IMG/VR virus record: IMGVR_UViG_3300042350_004191
Span: 146,587-210,586 of that record
Reading direction: 5' to 3' (one strand)
Length of the DNA stretch: 64,000 nucleotides
How positions within the stretch are numbered: position 1 is the first letter of the stretch; every line of letters starts with the position of its first letter. Below are positions 19,018 through 29,449 of the stretch, piece after piece. A program made the translations under genes and the position numbers. The notes beneath the pieces are model-generated. The model was given only the letters and a program-made list of their open reading frames with translations, was not told the DNA's origin and did not search any database.

Positions 19018-20643
19018 TTACCAATTTTTATCGTCTAAAACAGACCAATGGTTATGTAAACCATCGATTTTATTTGCATAAACGTCTGTAATGTATTTAC
19101 TACTATCGAAATAATGTACAACTTTATTAATGAGCCATTGTCCCAAAAACTTATCATCAAATGCATTTTTATCGGATGAGTCTGATCTGTCGATAAACAA
19201 AAATGTACCGGGTTGTCTTAGCGTCAATCCTTCTGTTTGAAAATATAATGCTTGATTTAAAAATATTGCATCTTTTAACATTTTTACCATCATCATGTCA
19301 GGTGGACCTTGTGTGTAAAATGCATTTTCTACACTCAAACCTTCCAATTTAGTTTTGTTTATATTTAACCAAATCTGATTTGGTCCATTTGTATTGTTCA
19401 AGAAAGAATACAATCCTTTTTTTCCTAATGTCTCTAAATTTTCAAATATTTTTTCGGCTTTATTTTCTTCAAAATGAATACTGTATGTTCCCGTATTAAA
19501 ATCCATTGTATGTGTTGGTCTATTAATTAAACGCATATCATCCACAGGAGCCATAGCTGCAAATTTATAGTTTTTCATCACAGATGTTCTTCCAGAAAAA
19601 ATATTTAAAATCTTTTCATTATTATCATCAAATAAAGCAGCCCTAGCAATATAGGCTAATGTTTGTGGTTCCAGTCCGTCTTGAAGAGTCATTCTTTCAA
19701 TTTGTTTGGCTTTTGAAAAAATATCACTTAATGATATTAATGACCATTTTTTATTATATCTATCTAATCTTAAAAACACTGGATCATTATCGAACCCTTT
19801 AGCATAAGACATCATAAATTTTATGTCATCTATTGTTTTTGCGTTTGCTGGTGACGTATAAAACACAAGATTATTAGGGTCGTTAGTATTTGTTATATTC
19901 CAATTATCCTCATCAATATTATCAAAAGGTAAATTTGGGTTGTCAATAGAACCGCCGCTATCAAAACCTACTTTTAATTCACTAGTTTGTTCTTTTCCTA
20001 GAGTAAAATCGTTACATGCGGCAGTTTTTATAATAGATTTAATTGATTCGTTAGGATTCCACTTTCTTTCTATGTCTGTAAGATAAGAAACAGAAACATT
20101 CCTCTGCTTTGCAATATCGTTTGCTGGTCCATGAGTAGACGTTGACCATGGAATATTTCTTTCTGATAAAATTTGATATCTTTCATCTATAAAATAAATT
20201 TTTTTAAGTTTGGCTGTAGCTGAATTAGTTTCAATATCTTCAACATCATATACAACAAAATCATAATCCATTGTCCATGTTTCAGGTTTTATTAAAGGAT
20301 TTCCATTAGATAATGTTTCTATTTTGATATTAATACGGTTTCTACCATCGTGTCTAAAAACAAAAAAAGCATCTGTGCTTGTAGTATTTTGATTTTTCTC
20401 GGTATCTGATACTGTTTTAGCTGTGGTAGATCTTTCTATTACTTCAAAATCGTTTTTTAATATAATCCAACCTTTTGTCCACCAATTTGTTAAACTTTCT
20501 TCTATAACCAAACTATCTACAATCTTGAACGGAAGGCTTAAAGGTTTTTTTGTTACAGTATTGAAAAAAACAATTCTTATGAGATAATATTGGTCTTTTA
20601 TTAAGACAATATCACCTTTATTTTTATTTAATTCTCCAGCCAT
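19018..20643 (-). CDS. Baseplate hub protein (gp27/gpD-like)
   Basis: C-terminal GLTLRQPG...GQWLINKVVHYF..YIT pattern of hub proteins; position near gp5. Confidence 0.65.
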   Translation of the reverse strand: MAGELNKNKGDIVLIKDQYYLIRIVFFNTVTKKPLSLPFKIVDSLVIEESLTNWWTKGWIILKNDFEVIERSTTAKTVSDTEKNQNTTSTDAFFVFRHDGRNRINIKIETLSNGNPLIKPETWTMDYDFVVYDVEDIETNSATAKLKKIYFIDERYQILSERNIPWSTSTHGPANDIAKQRNVSVSYLTDIERKWNPNESIKSIIKTAACNDFTLGKEQTSELKVGFDSGGSIDNPNLPFDNIDEDNWNITNTNDPNNLVFYTSPANAKTIDDIKFMMSYAKGFDNDPVFLRLDRYNKKWSLISLSDIFSKAKQIERMTLQDGLEPQTLAYIARAALFDDNNEKILNIFSGRTSVMKNYKFAAMAPVDDMRLINRPTHTMDFNTGTYSIHFEENKAEKIFENLETLGKKGLYSFLNNTNGPNQIWLNINKTKLEGLSVENAFYTQGPPDMMMVKMLKDAIFLNQALYFQTEGLTLRQPGTFLFIDRSDSSDKNAFDDKFLGQWLINKVVHYFDSSKYITDVYANKIDGLHNHWSVLDDKNW

Positions 20644-20646
20644 ATT

Positions 20647-21252
20647 TTATTTGCATACATTTTCATTCACATTAGACTCCAAGCTAACATTGATTTGATT
20701 ATAACTGAAAGATGCTGTGCTTGTAATTTCGACACCATCTTGATGTGAATAATTAATTCCACCCAAAGAAGTTATAAATGCTCCTTCATATTCAAATCTT
20801 ATAAGTTTTCTATTATATTCATCTAATGTTATAATTGTTAATGTCGTAGTATAATCAGGAAATTGATTTTCTAATTCTAACTCTGGATTTGGTGGGACTT
20901 CGGCTGATCTTAAAATTTCACTAGAAGAATTTCTAGAATCATTAAAAAGATTTAACCAATTCCAAAGAATATAATAATTATGATACCCGTTATCTATAAA
21001 AAATCTAATATCCATTGATGGATAATCTGGTCTTGAGAAAGAACTGGTTTTATAAGTTTGTCCACCGTATCCTAAACTTATAGACGGAATACTAATATCA
21101 GGTACTGACATGTTGTATATACTCAATTGAACTTTATCGTCATTAAAATCAGATTTTAATTTAGGATCATAAAGATTGTCTAATGCTTTGGGTAAAGCAA
21201 AAAGAAATATAAATTTATCGTTTCTAGACTTGTTTAAAATAGATTGGTTCAT
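20647..21252 (-). CDS. Tail completion / tube terminator (gp3-like, tube fold)
   Basis: SVPDISIP...YPSMDIRFFID..Y.N...LWNW, LITLD...FITSLG.I.Y. Confidence 0.65.
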   Translation of the reverse strand: MNQSILNKSRNDKFIFLFALPKALDNLYDPKLKSDFNDDKVQLSIYNMSVPDISIPSISLGYGGQTYKTSSFSRPDYPSMDIRFFIDNGYHNYYILWNWLNLFNDSRNSSSEILRSAEVPPNPELELENQFPDYTTTLTIITLDEYNRKLIRFEYEGAFITSLGGINYSHQDGVEITSTASFSYNQINVSLESNVNENVCK

Positions 21253-21255
21253 ATA

Positions 21256-23091
21256 TTAAAATAAAATAACAGGAGAATTGTTTTCTTCATTTAAAGAATT
21301 TTCCGTTTTTTCTCCATCTTTATTACTTATATTAGGTTTACCGTCCCAAAGGTTACTAATCCAATTAAATAGTTCCATTTGATCATTTGTTGTTGGTCCA
21401 ATTTCATCTTGTCCTATAAAGGATAATGGTCTATAATTGTTTTCTGTTTTTTTATAAAGACTACTTTTACCTAAAAATAAAGAACTCTTTTTTATTAGCT
21501 CAGAATTGTTTACAAATGGTTTAATTTTTAGTGGTCTACCTTGATCATCAACATCATGAATATAAAAATATTTTTCTACTATAGAAGGATCTAAAATGAA
21601 AAGACACCAAATTAAAGCAAAAACTCTGTCATCAAAATCATCATTTGTTCTTTTACTATATGTATAGTTTGGGTGTTGAATAAAGTTATTAATTTCTAAA
21701 AGTGTATCTAAATCATAAAACTCAACAGCATTTAGAGAATTTATCCAATATCTAAGATTTGCAGTTCCTCTATATTTTGTATTAGTATGACTATGTATTC
21801 CTAGTCTATTATCATTTTTATAAAATTTGCTCATACCTTCGCTATAGTATGATACAATATTTTCATAATTATGAATTTTACCTAAAACATCTAAAACCTG
21901 TTGACCACTATTATTGTTTTCAATTAACACAGGAGGTCTTCCCCAATCGTCTAAAATACCCATTAAACGTGTACCGAAATGATATGGACTAATTTCATTA
22001 TTAGCATAAATGGCTGCTTGTTTTATGTTGGTCAAATCCGAAACGTTCATAATCTGGACAACAGTATTTGATCTACCTATACCTTCACCTACGTCTACGC
22101 CCACTACATAAAAATCATTTTCTTTAGGAAAATCGAATATTTTATATGAACCTTCGTCTAAAATTAAAACAGGCTCTTTACATTTAGCTTTTAATTCTTC
22201 TAAAAGTTTTGTATCAATAACAGCTTTACCTTTTGTAAAAAATTGATTTCCAAATTCTTGTTCAAAATCTTGTTCAGAACCTAATTGAGCTATAGTTGAG
22301 CGTTTCCATTCTTCATCTCTACCGGGCACATCCCACCAATCAACTCTTTCTAAATTCCAATCATTATTTTCTTTTAATGATTCTTGATATATTTCGTAAA
22401 ATTTATTATCTGTCCCGTTAGGTGTACTAATAACAATTATTTGTGAGTTTTTAGAAGATGAAATAATAGGTATTGCAGACTTCCACAATTCTTTCATAAC
22501 TTCATTTGGACAATGTGCCATCTCATCGATAAGAAGAAGATTGCTAGTAGATCCGCGAGGTCCAGCACTTGATGTTGTGCTGACTTGTATAGCAGAACCA
22601 TTACCTAAAGCAAATCCGTTTTTTCTCCAAGACTTAACTGGTGGTTTTAAATATAAAGGCAATTCTTCAAATGCCATTTTAATACGTGCAAAAATTTCTT
22701 CAGCAGTATCGGCTTTGTTTGCAACTATAGTAATTCTTTTGTCATCAAAAAAACAAGTAAGCCATAATGCATAAATTGTTATAGTTGTAGTTTTTCCACT
22801 CTGACGGCTTGATAATATAATGTTAAATCTATTAGATTTATAAGATTTTAATAATCTTTTTTGGTATTTATAAAGTTCAATTTTTCTTCTACCCTCATCA
22901 AGAGTTAATATAAAAAAATGATTTTCAGCAAAATGGAGAATACTTTTTCTGCATAAACGCAGATCGTCTTCCATTTCTTTTGTCCACTTTAATGTAGCAT
23001 TTCCTCTTAAAAGGTTTTCATTACCTTTATAAAATGCTGCATCTACCAAAATGTCATCTGGATCTACAGGTTTTACATTTGTTTTTGGCAT
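21256..23091 (-). CDS. gp17: Terminase large subunit
   Basis: SRQSGKTT Walker A, LLIDE Walker B, ISTPNG, FEQEF, GVDVGEG, DDRVFAL. Confidence 0.97.
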   Translation of the reverse strand: MPKTNVKPVDPDDILVDAAFYKGNENLLRGNATLKWTKEMEDDLRLCRKSILHFAENHFFILTLDEGRRKIELYKYQKRLLKSYKSNRFNIILSSRQSGKTTTITIYALWLTCFFDDKRITIVANKADTAEEIFARIKMAFEELPLYLKPPVKSWRKNGFALGNGSAIQVSTTSSAGPRGSTSNLLLIDEMAHCPNEVMKELWKSAIPIISSSKNSQIIVISTPNGTDNKFYEIYQESLKENNDWNLERVDWWDVPGRDEEWKRSTIAQLGSEQDFEQEFGNQFFTKGKAVIDTKLLEELKAKCKEPVLILDEGSYKIFDFPKENDFYVVGVDVGEGIGRSNTVVQIMNVSDLTNIKQAAIYANNEISPYHFGTRLMGILDDWGRPPVLIENNNSGQQVLDVLGKIHNYENIVSYYSEGMSKFYKNDNRLGIHSHTNTKYRGTANLRYWINSLNAVEFYDLDTLLEINNFIQHPNYTYSKRTNDDFDDRVFALIWCLFILDPSIVEKYFYIHDVDDQGRPLKIKPFVNNSELIKKSSLFLGKSSLYKKTENNYRPLSFIGQDEIGPTTNDQMELFNWISNLWDGKPNISNKDGEKTENSLNEENNSPVILF

Positions 23092-23096
23092 GATTT

Positions 23097-23450
23097 TTAT
23101 TTATTAATTTGTTTTGATATTTCAGCCAGAACTACCCCAACGTAATTGGGTCTTAAATATTTTATAAGCGTTTTTGATTTTATTTTCTCAAAGGGGTCTA
23201 AAACACTATTATATAAACATATTAACCACCACAAATTCATATTACCATAAATTCTATGAGATATGGAGTACCATGTATCAGTGTAGTCTGATATATATTC
23301 TCCTTCCAATTCACTGTTATTTGACGGGAAAATTGATATATTTTTTAATAAATTAAAAAAACGAAACCCTTGGTCATTTTCGTATATATTAAAAAAATTT
23401 TCGTAACTAAAAGAACTACTATTAATTTCTGGTATATCTGTTTTTCTCAT
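23097..23450 (-). CDS. Baseplate wedge protein (gp53-like, LysM-like)
   Basis: DTWYSISHRIYGNMNLWWLICLYNSVLDPF. Confidence 0.75.
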   Translation of the reverse strand: MRKTDIPEINSSSFSYENFFNIYENDQGFRFFNLLKNISIFPSNNSELEGEYISDYTDTWYSISHRIYGNMNLWWLICLYNSVLDPFEKIKSKTLIKYLRPNYVGVVLAEISKQINK

Positions 23451-23464
23451 TTTAATTATTAACC

Positions 23465-24523
23465 TTATTCAGGTCCACCTCTTGTATTTGGTCCACCCCC
23501 AAAAGGATTAGTTCCAACTACTTCCACTTTAGCACCACCAACAGCCCCTTGGAAAATATTGGTACTTTGTGGTAACATTTCCTGTAATGTTATATTAACA
23601 TCATATGCCTCTGGTACTAGTACGGTTTTACCGGGTATTATATCATCGGTGATTTGTCTAACAGTTCCTATATTATTAATTTTTAATTCTCTCATATATG
23701 CTATAGGCATATATACACCATTCATACCTTCACAAGATACTGTATATACTGATGGTGGAACATATGTAACAAGGGATGTTCTGTTTTTTAGATTTTGATA
23801 AGTCAATAGTATGGTAAAGTAAAAATTATCTATTGTAGATTGAATATTAAAAGTATTATATAAAGGAAATCTTATATTAAGTGTCATACAATTGGTAGTA
23901 GAAAAGGTATAGATGGGATCTACTTCTATACCTGGTGTTAGAAAACCAGCCGCACCACCTATTGCTCCACCAAAAAATTGAGAAAGTTTAGAATTAGGTG
24001 CTCCGGTACTACTGCTACTACTTCTCGGTGAAAACCCCTTATTATCATTCCAAGTATTTGTTATACTTCTCAAATTACTACCGCTATTTAACAACCATGG
24101 TATTCTGTATTTGAATGGACTGTTATTTTGTTCTATAACATACAATTGAGCATATGGCTCAGACATAGCTGCTTCAAAAGATTCGTTTTGTGCAGTGTCG
24201 ATAACATTTCTAAAAGTATTAATAACATTAGATATTGTTGCAGCTATTCCTCTCATGGCTAAAGTTTTTTCTTCTAAAATCAAGGACGGAACTTCATTTA
24301 GTACGGAATCATCTTGTGCTTCTGAAGAATTTCTCCATTTAAAACCATTTCTAATGTCTACCATGTTACCATTAGATCTTAGTCTAATTCTTTTTAAAAA
24401 ATTAGTTACTGCTGTATCACCTGATCCAGCAAGTGTTTCTGAATATTTTTCTAAAGTAAACAAATTATTTTGTTGACTTACAGCACTTTCAAACAAGGAA
24501 TAATCTTTATCAAAATCTGCCAT
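23465..24523 (-). CDS. Baseplate tail-tube cap (gp48-like)
   Basis: Tube-like beta pattern (LNIRFPL, P.VYTV, I..LKI, Y.V.ITL.E); position next to gp53. Confidence 0.45.
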   Translation of the reverse strand: MADFDKDYSLFESAVSQQNNLFTLEKYSETLAGSGDTAVTNFLKRIRLRSNGNMVDIRNGFKWRNSSEAQDDSVLNEVPSLILEEKTLAMRGIAATISNVINTFRNVIDTAQNESFEAAMSEPYAQLYVIEQNNSPFKYRIPWLLNSGSNLRSITNTWNDNKGFSPRSSSSSTGAPNSKLSQFFGGAIGGAAGFLTPGIEVDPIYTFSTTNCMTLNIRFPLYNTFNIQSTIDNFYFTILLTYQNLKNRTSLVTYVPPSVYTVSCEGMNGVYMPIAYMRELKINNIGTVRQITDDIIPGKTVLVPEAYDVNITLQEMLPQSTNIFQGAVGGAKVEVVGTNPFGGGPNTRGGPE

Positions 24524-27500
24524 ATGTATTACTCCTTAGAAACTCTGTTCTTGATAAATATATTTCGTCTCTGCCACCGCTTATTTTTACTTTTTCTGAA
24601 GCATTTTCCATACTACCGTTATTATTATTTATAATAATAGGTTCTGTTGGGGTGTTATCTATTTCTGGATTTCTTCTTTGATTTAACATATCGATCTCTT
24701 TAGACATTAATAGTCTTTCCATTTTTTTAGATAAATTTTCTACACTATTGGTTAAATTAATAAATGTTTTGTCTACAGCATCTCCTTTTTTAGATGCAAA
24801 AATAGTGTCATCAGAAGACAGTTGAATAGCATTACCACTTCTGTCTAATATTATTTTTCCGTCTTTTGAATCAAATCTTTTTTCTATAAATGAAGATTTT
24901 GAAGGACCTTCAAAAGCAGTGTCTTCTAATAACATATTTGAAAGTTTTTTATCATCGGTATAAAAATTAGCTTTTTCTGGTTCAATAACTTCTTTGTTTT
25001 TTTTATCCATCAATTCTTGAAGCTCTTGTCTCAACAAGTTTAATTTTTGTCCTTTGGTTCTGTCCCTAGATTGACTGATTTTTTCAATTTTTTCTTCTAT
25101 CAATGAAATTTGTTTGTCTAATTCAGTCTCTGGCAATACCCCTAAATCTTCAGCAGTCGTAACTTGTTTACCTTCCTTCAGTTCTTCATATCTTTTGAGT
25201 TTGTAATTTAATGCTTTTTGAGATTCTAATATATTCTCTCTTTGTCTTTCTAACATTTCTATTTTTCTATCATCTCTTGATATAAAATTTTTGTTTTTTT
25301 CTTCTTCAATAGAAGCTTCTAATTCTTTTCGGTTGGAGATTAATCCTTTTGCATTATCTTTTAATTCAGTCTCATCTTTTTCATTGTATTCGGTTGGAAG
25401 ATTTCTTATAACATTCTTTTCAACTCCAGACATTTTTGGTTGTTTAATCTCAGATATTGGAGCATTATTTTCTACAAGTTCTTTTGTCTTTTCATCGTAT
25501 GTATATCCAAACATACTAGCAAACCAAGATTTTATACCGAATCCTTCTGGGAAAAAATTTACTAAATTTTTATACAAGTTCTTTTTTAAATTGTCTGCTA
25601 ATTTAGTAAATGAAAATTTTGTAGTAGTTACGCCTGTTTTTGAATCGGTTGTGGTTTCAAATGCATCTAATATTGATAAAAATGTTCCTGCTACAGAACC
25701 GAAAAATGGTAATTCATTGATCAATTCTAAACCCTCACGTATATTGCCTGTAAACAAAGAATATAGACCTTCACCAGCTTTGATTAAGGTTCCTACCAAA
25801 TAACTTTCTCTGAGATATTTGTAAAAAGAACCAAACCAGTTTCCCATAATAGAAGCTTTACCAGTAGATGTATCTGAACCTTGTTGGTAATCTAAAACGC
25901 TGTTTAATATATCTATACCTATAGCCAACGTTGTACCTACACCGGGAACAAACGCAGCAATGCCTGATACTATATCCAAAACACCGCCTAAGATATCGTT
26001 TTGTTGAAACCTTCCCCATGCTAAACCAAAACTTAAAAGAGAACCAATAACAGGTATAAATTTTAATTTACTTCCTATTTTAGCTACCCAACCTACGGCT
26101 TTCATTAGCATCGCTGTTATGCTCAATCCTGTCTCGGCCTTTTGTTCTTTTTCTTCACCGCCCTTTAAGTCGATAAAGGTATTTAAAAGGCTTAAACCTA
26201 TAGACAGAGCAGTTCCTACACCGGGAACCAAACCAGTGACTCCAGCGGCTATGTCTATCAAACCTTGCATATATTCACCTTCACGAAACCTTGCCCAAGC
26301 CTGACCAAAGCTAATAACTGTGCCTATTAATGGAATGGCTTTTAATGCGGTCAAAGATACACCTTTCAAAAGTAAACCAGCACCTCTAGCTAAAAGACCT
26401 TTTAAATTACGTCCCACAGTAGATCCAGCCACTTTTCCACCAACTTCAGCACTTTCACCTATGATATTATCAAACACACCAGAAAACATTTGAGTAGCAT
26501 ATGTTGCCAGCTTTTCACTAATACTACCAAAGAATGTACCAACGGTCTTAAAAGCATTCCCAAAGGTCATTTGGAGTCCACCCATAGTAAAAAATTTACT
26601 CATGGCATTCACTACTCCTTGAAATTTATCAAAAGTTTCAGCAGCCTTATCGCCAAATTTCTCACTAATGTAATTTTTAATTTCAGGCCAATAAAAGGAT
26701 GTAATAGCTCCTATGCCACCTATAGCCGCCATAGCACCTCCAATCAAACCAGCAACGCCACCTAGACCATTTAATAAACCACCAAACAAACCACCAAACA
26801 AACCACCACCTTGTTGTATTGTAACATTCGATGTTTCTTCGGATTTTTCTTTTAAAATTTTATCTACTAATTTAGATAAAAAATCACTTGTCTGAGTAGA
26901 AAAAGTTATAATTGTTTCTGTTGGTTTGTTTTCAAATAATTTTTGTTCTTCTGAAGTTGTTTGTGTGTTATTTGTTGGATTTTCGTTATTGGCTTTAATG
27001 AATTCTAGCGTGTTATTTTTTTGTAAATCTAAAACATTTACTAAATTACCAATCAGATTATTGTTGTTTTCGTTGTTTAAATTGAAAATATTTTTAATAT
27101 CAAAAATAAAACTTTTAAGAGTATCACTTAAATCGAATTTTTGATTTTTTAAAATATTTTTGTTATTGAGTGTTTCAACATCTGTCGTTTCTTCCGTATT
27201 TTTTTTCTGATAAGCTTCTTTTATTTTAGAAAAAATATCTGAAAATATATTTTGATAGTCGGTTAAGAAATTAAAATCTGTTTGAACATTTGTATCTTTT
27301 ACGGGTTGTTTAGGCTGTTCAACTAATCTCGGAGACTCTTTGGATGATTTAGCTTGAATGTCGGTTACTTCTTTGTCTTTGGTTTGAACTTTTTGAATTA
27401 ATGTGTTCAGCTTTTCATATATCTCAGTAGCCCTTTCAGAAGAATTTTCAACATTATCTGTTAAAGTTTTCCATTTTTTGACCAACTTTTCTAATATATT

Positions 27501-27638
27501 CCGTTTAAAATCTCTTCGAATTAACTGTAAATCTTGATCGTTGACAAATATCTTTACAAGAACATCTAAAGGATTTTCCTTTAATCCCTTTTCTGTAAAT
27601 TCTTTTATAAAGCTTTCTATGTCAGGATTCGCTACCAT
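24510..27638 (-). CDS. Tape measure-like protein (gp29-like)
   Basis: 1042 aa, mostly helical/coiled coil, Gly-rich hydrophobic segments, internal repeats, located between hub chaperones and tube cap. Confidence 0.7.
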   Translation of the reverse strand: MVANPDIESFIKEFTEKGLKENPLDVLVKIFVNDQDLQLIRRDFKRNILEKLVKKWKTLTDNVENSSERATEIYEKLNTLIQKVQTKDKEVTDIQAKSSKESPRLVEQPKQPVKDTNVQTDFNFLTDYQNIFSDIFSKIKEAYQKKNTEETTDVETLNNKNILKNQKFDLSDTLKSFIFDIKNIFNLNNENNNNLIGNLVNVLDLQKNNTLEFIKANNENPTNNTQTTSEEQKLFENKPTETIITFSTQTSDFLSKLVDKILKEKSEETSNVTIQQGGGLFGGLFGGLLNGLGGVAGLIGGAMAAIGGIGAITSFYWPEIKNYISEKFGDKAAETFDKFQGVVNAMSKFFTMGGLQMTFGNAFKTVGTFFGSISEKLATYATQMFSGVFDNIIGESAEVGGKVAGSTVGRNLKGLLARGAGLLLKGVSLTALKAIPLIGTVISFGQAWARFREGEYMQGLIDIAAGVTGLVPGVGTALSIGLSLLNTFIDLKGGEEKEQKAETGLSITAMLMKAVGWVAKIGSKLKFIPVIGSLLSFGLAWGRFQQNDILGGVLDIVSGIAAFVPGVGTTLAIGIDILNSVLDYQQGSDTSTGKASIMGNWFGSFYKYLRESYLVGTLIKAGEGLYSLFTGNIREGLELINELPFFGSVAGTFLSILDAFETTTDSKTGVTTTKFSFTKLADNLKKNLYKNLVNFFPEGFGIKSWFASMFGYTYDEKTKELVENNAPISEIKQPKMSGVEKNVIRNLPTEYNEKDETELKDNAKGLISNRKELEASIEEEKNKNFISRDDRKIEMLERQRENILESQKALNYKLKRYEELKEGKQVTTAEDLGVLPETELDKQISLIEEKIEKISQSRDRTKGQKLNLLRQELQELMDKKNKEVIEPEKANFYTDDKKLSNMLLEDTAFEGPSKSSFIEKRFDSKDGKIILDRSGNAIQLSSDDTIFASKKGDAVDKTFINLTNSVENLSKKMERLLMSKEIDMLNQRRNPEIDNTPTEPIIINNNNGSMENASEKVKISGGRDEIYLSRTEFLRSNTYGRF

Positions 27639-27670
27639 AATAATATTTATGGCCGATTACTGTTATAGTG

Positions 27671-28483
27671 CTACATTAGGAACAAAAGATTATCTAATGT
27701 TAGAGTCTTTTTATACTCTCCATTCTTAGAAGAAACTGTTAAAAAAGAATCTAATTCGGTTTTCCAGTCTGCAATTTTTTGTAGTACTTTTTGAGTCAAA
27801 TCAGCAGTCAAAAGTTCTGTTAATTTTATTCTCTGGTTTATAGTAAGTCCTTCTAAACTAATGACTTTATCATCGAATGCTATTTTACTTATAAATTTAG
27901 ATACTTCACCAATAAATGCATCTGACAAAAGTGTTCCCATGTCATTTACATTTTTAACATCATCTATTTTTTTATAAGTTTTTGATAATTCTAATTCATA
28001 TTTCGATTCCAAAGTTATTGTCGGGATTAAAACTTCGACGTTTATAGATACTCCATCTTTTACAATATTGATACTTTCAGTAGAAGGGTGATTATACTTT
28101 AAGCTGTTATCAATTATTGGCTGCAATTCTACAGATTCAGAGTAAACGGGATTTTCATTAAAAACCACATTTAAGTTATTAGATATTTTTGATCTTAAAA
28201 ATAAACCTATATAAACTTTATCGTAGATTGTTAGTTTTTCTACTTCTACACCTTCGGTAATTAAATTCTCTTTAATAATTTTTAAAAAATTTTGGGTGAA
28301 TTTACTTTTATATATTGATGTATCAGTTACCGTTTCCAATAAATCTTTTTGTTGTTTTGTATTAAGTTCTTTAAACTCAACGTTTTTCTTAAGAGAAGGT
28401 ATATATACAGATAAACTAAAAGTATTTGATATATCTGTTAATGATTTTAAAATATCATTAAAATTTTGTGTATTATCGCTCAT
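27671..28483 (-). CDS. Baseplate hub assembly protein (gp26-like)
   Basis: VYIPSLKKNVEFKELNTKQQKDLL...DKVYIGLFLRSK, matching the gp26 N-terminal pattern. Confidence 0.6.
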   Translation of the reverse strand: MSDNTQNFNDILKSLTDISNTFSLSVYIPSLKKNVEFKELNTKQQKDLLETVTDTSIYKSKFTQNFLKIIKENLITEGVEVEKLTIYDKVYIGLFLRSKISNNLNVVFNENPVYSESVELQPIIDNSLKYNHPSTESINIVKDGVSINVEVLIPTITLESKYELELSKTYKKIDDVKNVNDMGTLLSDAFIGEVSKFISKIAFDDKVISLEGLTINQRIKLTELLTADLTQKVLQKIADWKTELDSFLTVSSKNGEYKKTLTLDNLLFLM

Positions 28484-28495
28484 TTATTAAAATAA

Positions 28496-29401
28496 TTATA
28501 AATTCACGTTAGAATTCAAGTCAGAATTTTGATTAGACTTGGTTATTTGCTCAACATATTCATGAATATAGTCAGCCTTCTCTAATGGTGTTAAATTATT
28601 AATTTCTTCCAATGAAAAATTATATTTTTTCAAAAAAATATTTTCTTGTAAAATAGATCTTTCATCACCAGAAAATATAAATCTAATTAAATCTTGCATT
28701 GTTGCATTAAAAAATTCTAATTTATATTCATTAAATTCTTTTATTTCAAAAAGAGGTATAACAGAAATTTCTTTGAGTAAAGAAAGAACATTTGTTTGAA
28801 TAATTTGTTTTATTGATAACGGTATAGATTCTAACAAAGTATTTTTTTGTTTTGCATCAAATTTTTTAAATTCAAAGTTTTTATCTTTGATAATTATTTT
28901 TTCAATAAACAACGGTAAAGATTTTAAAAATTTATCTAATTGATCATTTGTTAAATTTTCTAAAAAGAACTCTTCGTCTTTTAACATCGGCCAATTTAAG
29001 TGTATTTCTATATTTTCGTCTTTTATAATTTTATATTTTTTGATATTTTCAGCTATATCATAAACAGATTTTAATAAATCAAAAAAGTTTATAATAATTT
29101 TAGTATTTTTTGTTTCTTCGTTTTTTATGGAAAGTTCTACTGTATGTCCAACAGATATTGTTCTTAGACGAATACAAAACATTAAAAATTCTACAATATT
29201 TAAATCAAAAATTTTTTCTTTATCCTTTAAACATTCAGATAAAATATTTATAATGGTATAATGATAATCTATTCTGTAGTCTGCTTCTGGTGGTAAATTA
29301 GTATTACTCTTTATTAGATTATGATATTGCTTATTATTAAATTCTTTAAAATGTAAAACTGTATTAGTATATGGAAACTGTAATGCGTGTGTATAAAACA
29401 T
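28496..29401 (-). CDS. Baseplate hub assembly protein (gp26/gp51-like paralog)
   Basis: EFLMFCIRLRTISVG motif; C-terminal LEEINNLTPLEK..YI of gp51-like chaperones. Confidence 0.55.
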   Translation of the reverse strand: MFYTHALQFPYTNTVLHFKEFNNKQYHNLIKSNTNLPPEADYRIDYHYTIINILSECLKDKEKIFDLNIVEFLMFCIRLRTISVGHTVELSIKNEETKNTKIIINFFDLLKSVYDIAENIKKYKIIKDENIEIHLNWPMLKDEEFFLENLTNDQLDKFLKSLPLFIEKIIIKDKNFEFKKFDAKQKNTLLESIPLSIKQIIQTNVLSLLKEISVIPLFEIKEFNEYKLEFFNATMQDLIRFIFSGDERSILQENIFLKKYNFSLEEINNLTPLEKADYIHEYVEQITKSNQNSDLNSNVNL

Positions 29402-29449
29402 TATATTATAGCTTATTCTACAAAGCTTGAAAATAAAGGCTTTTGTTTA

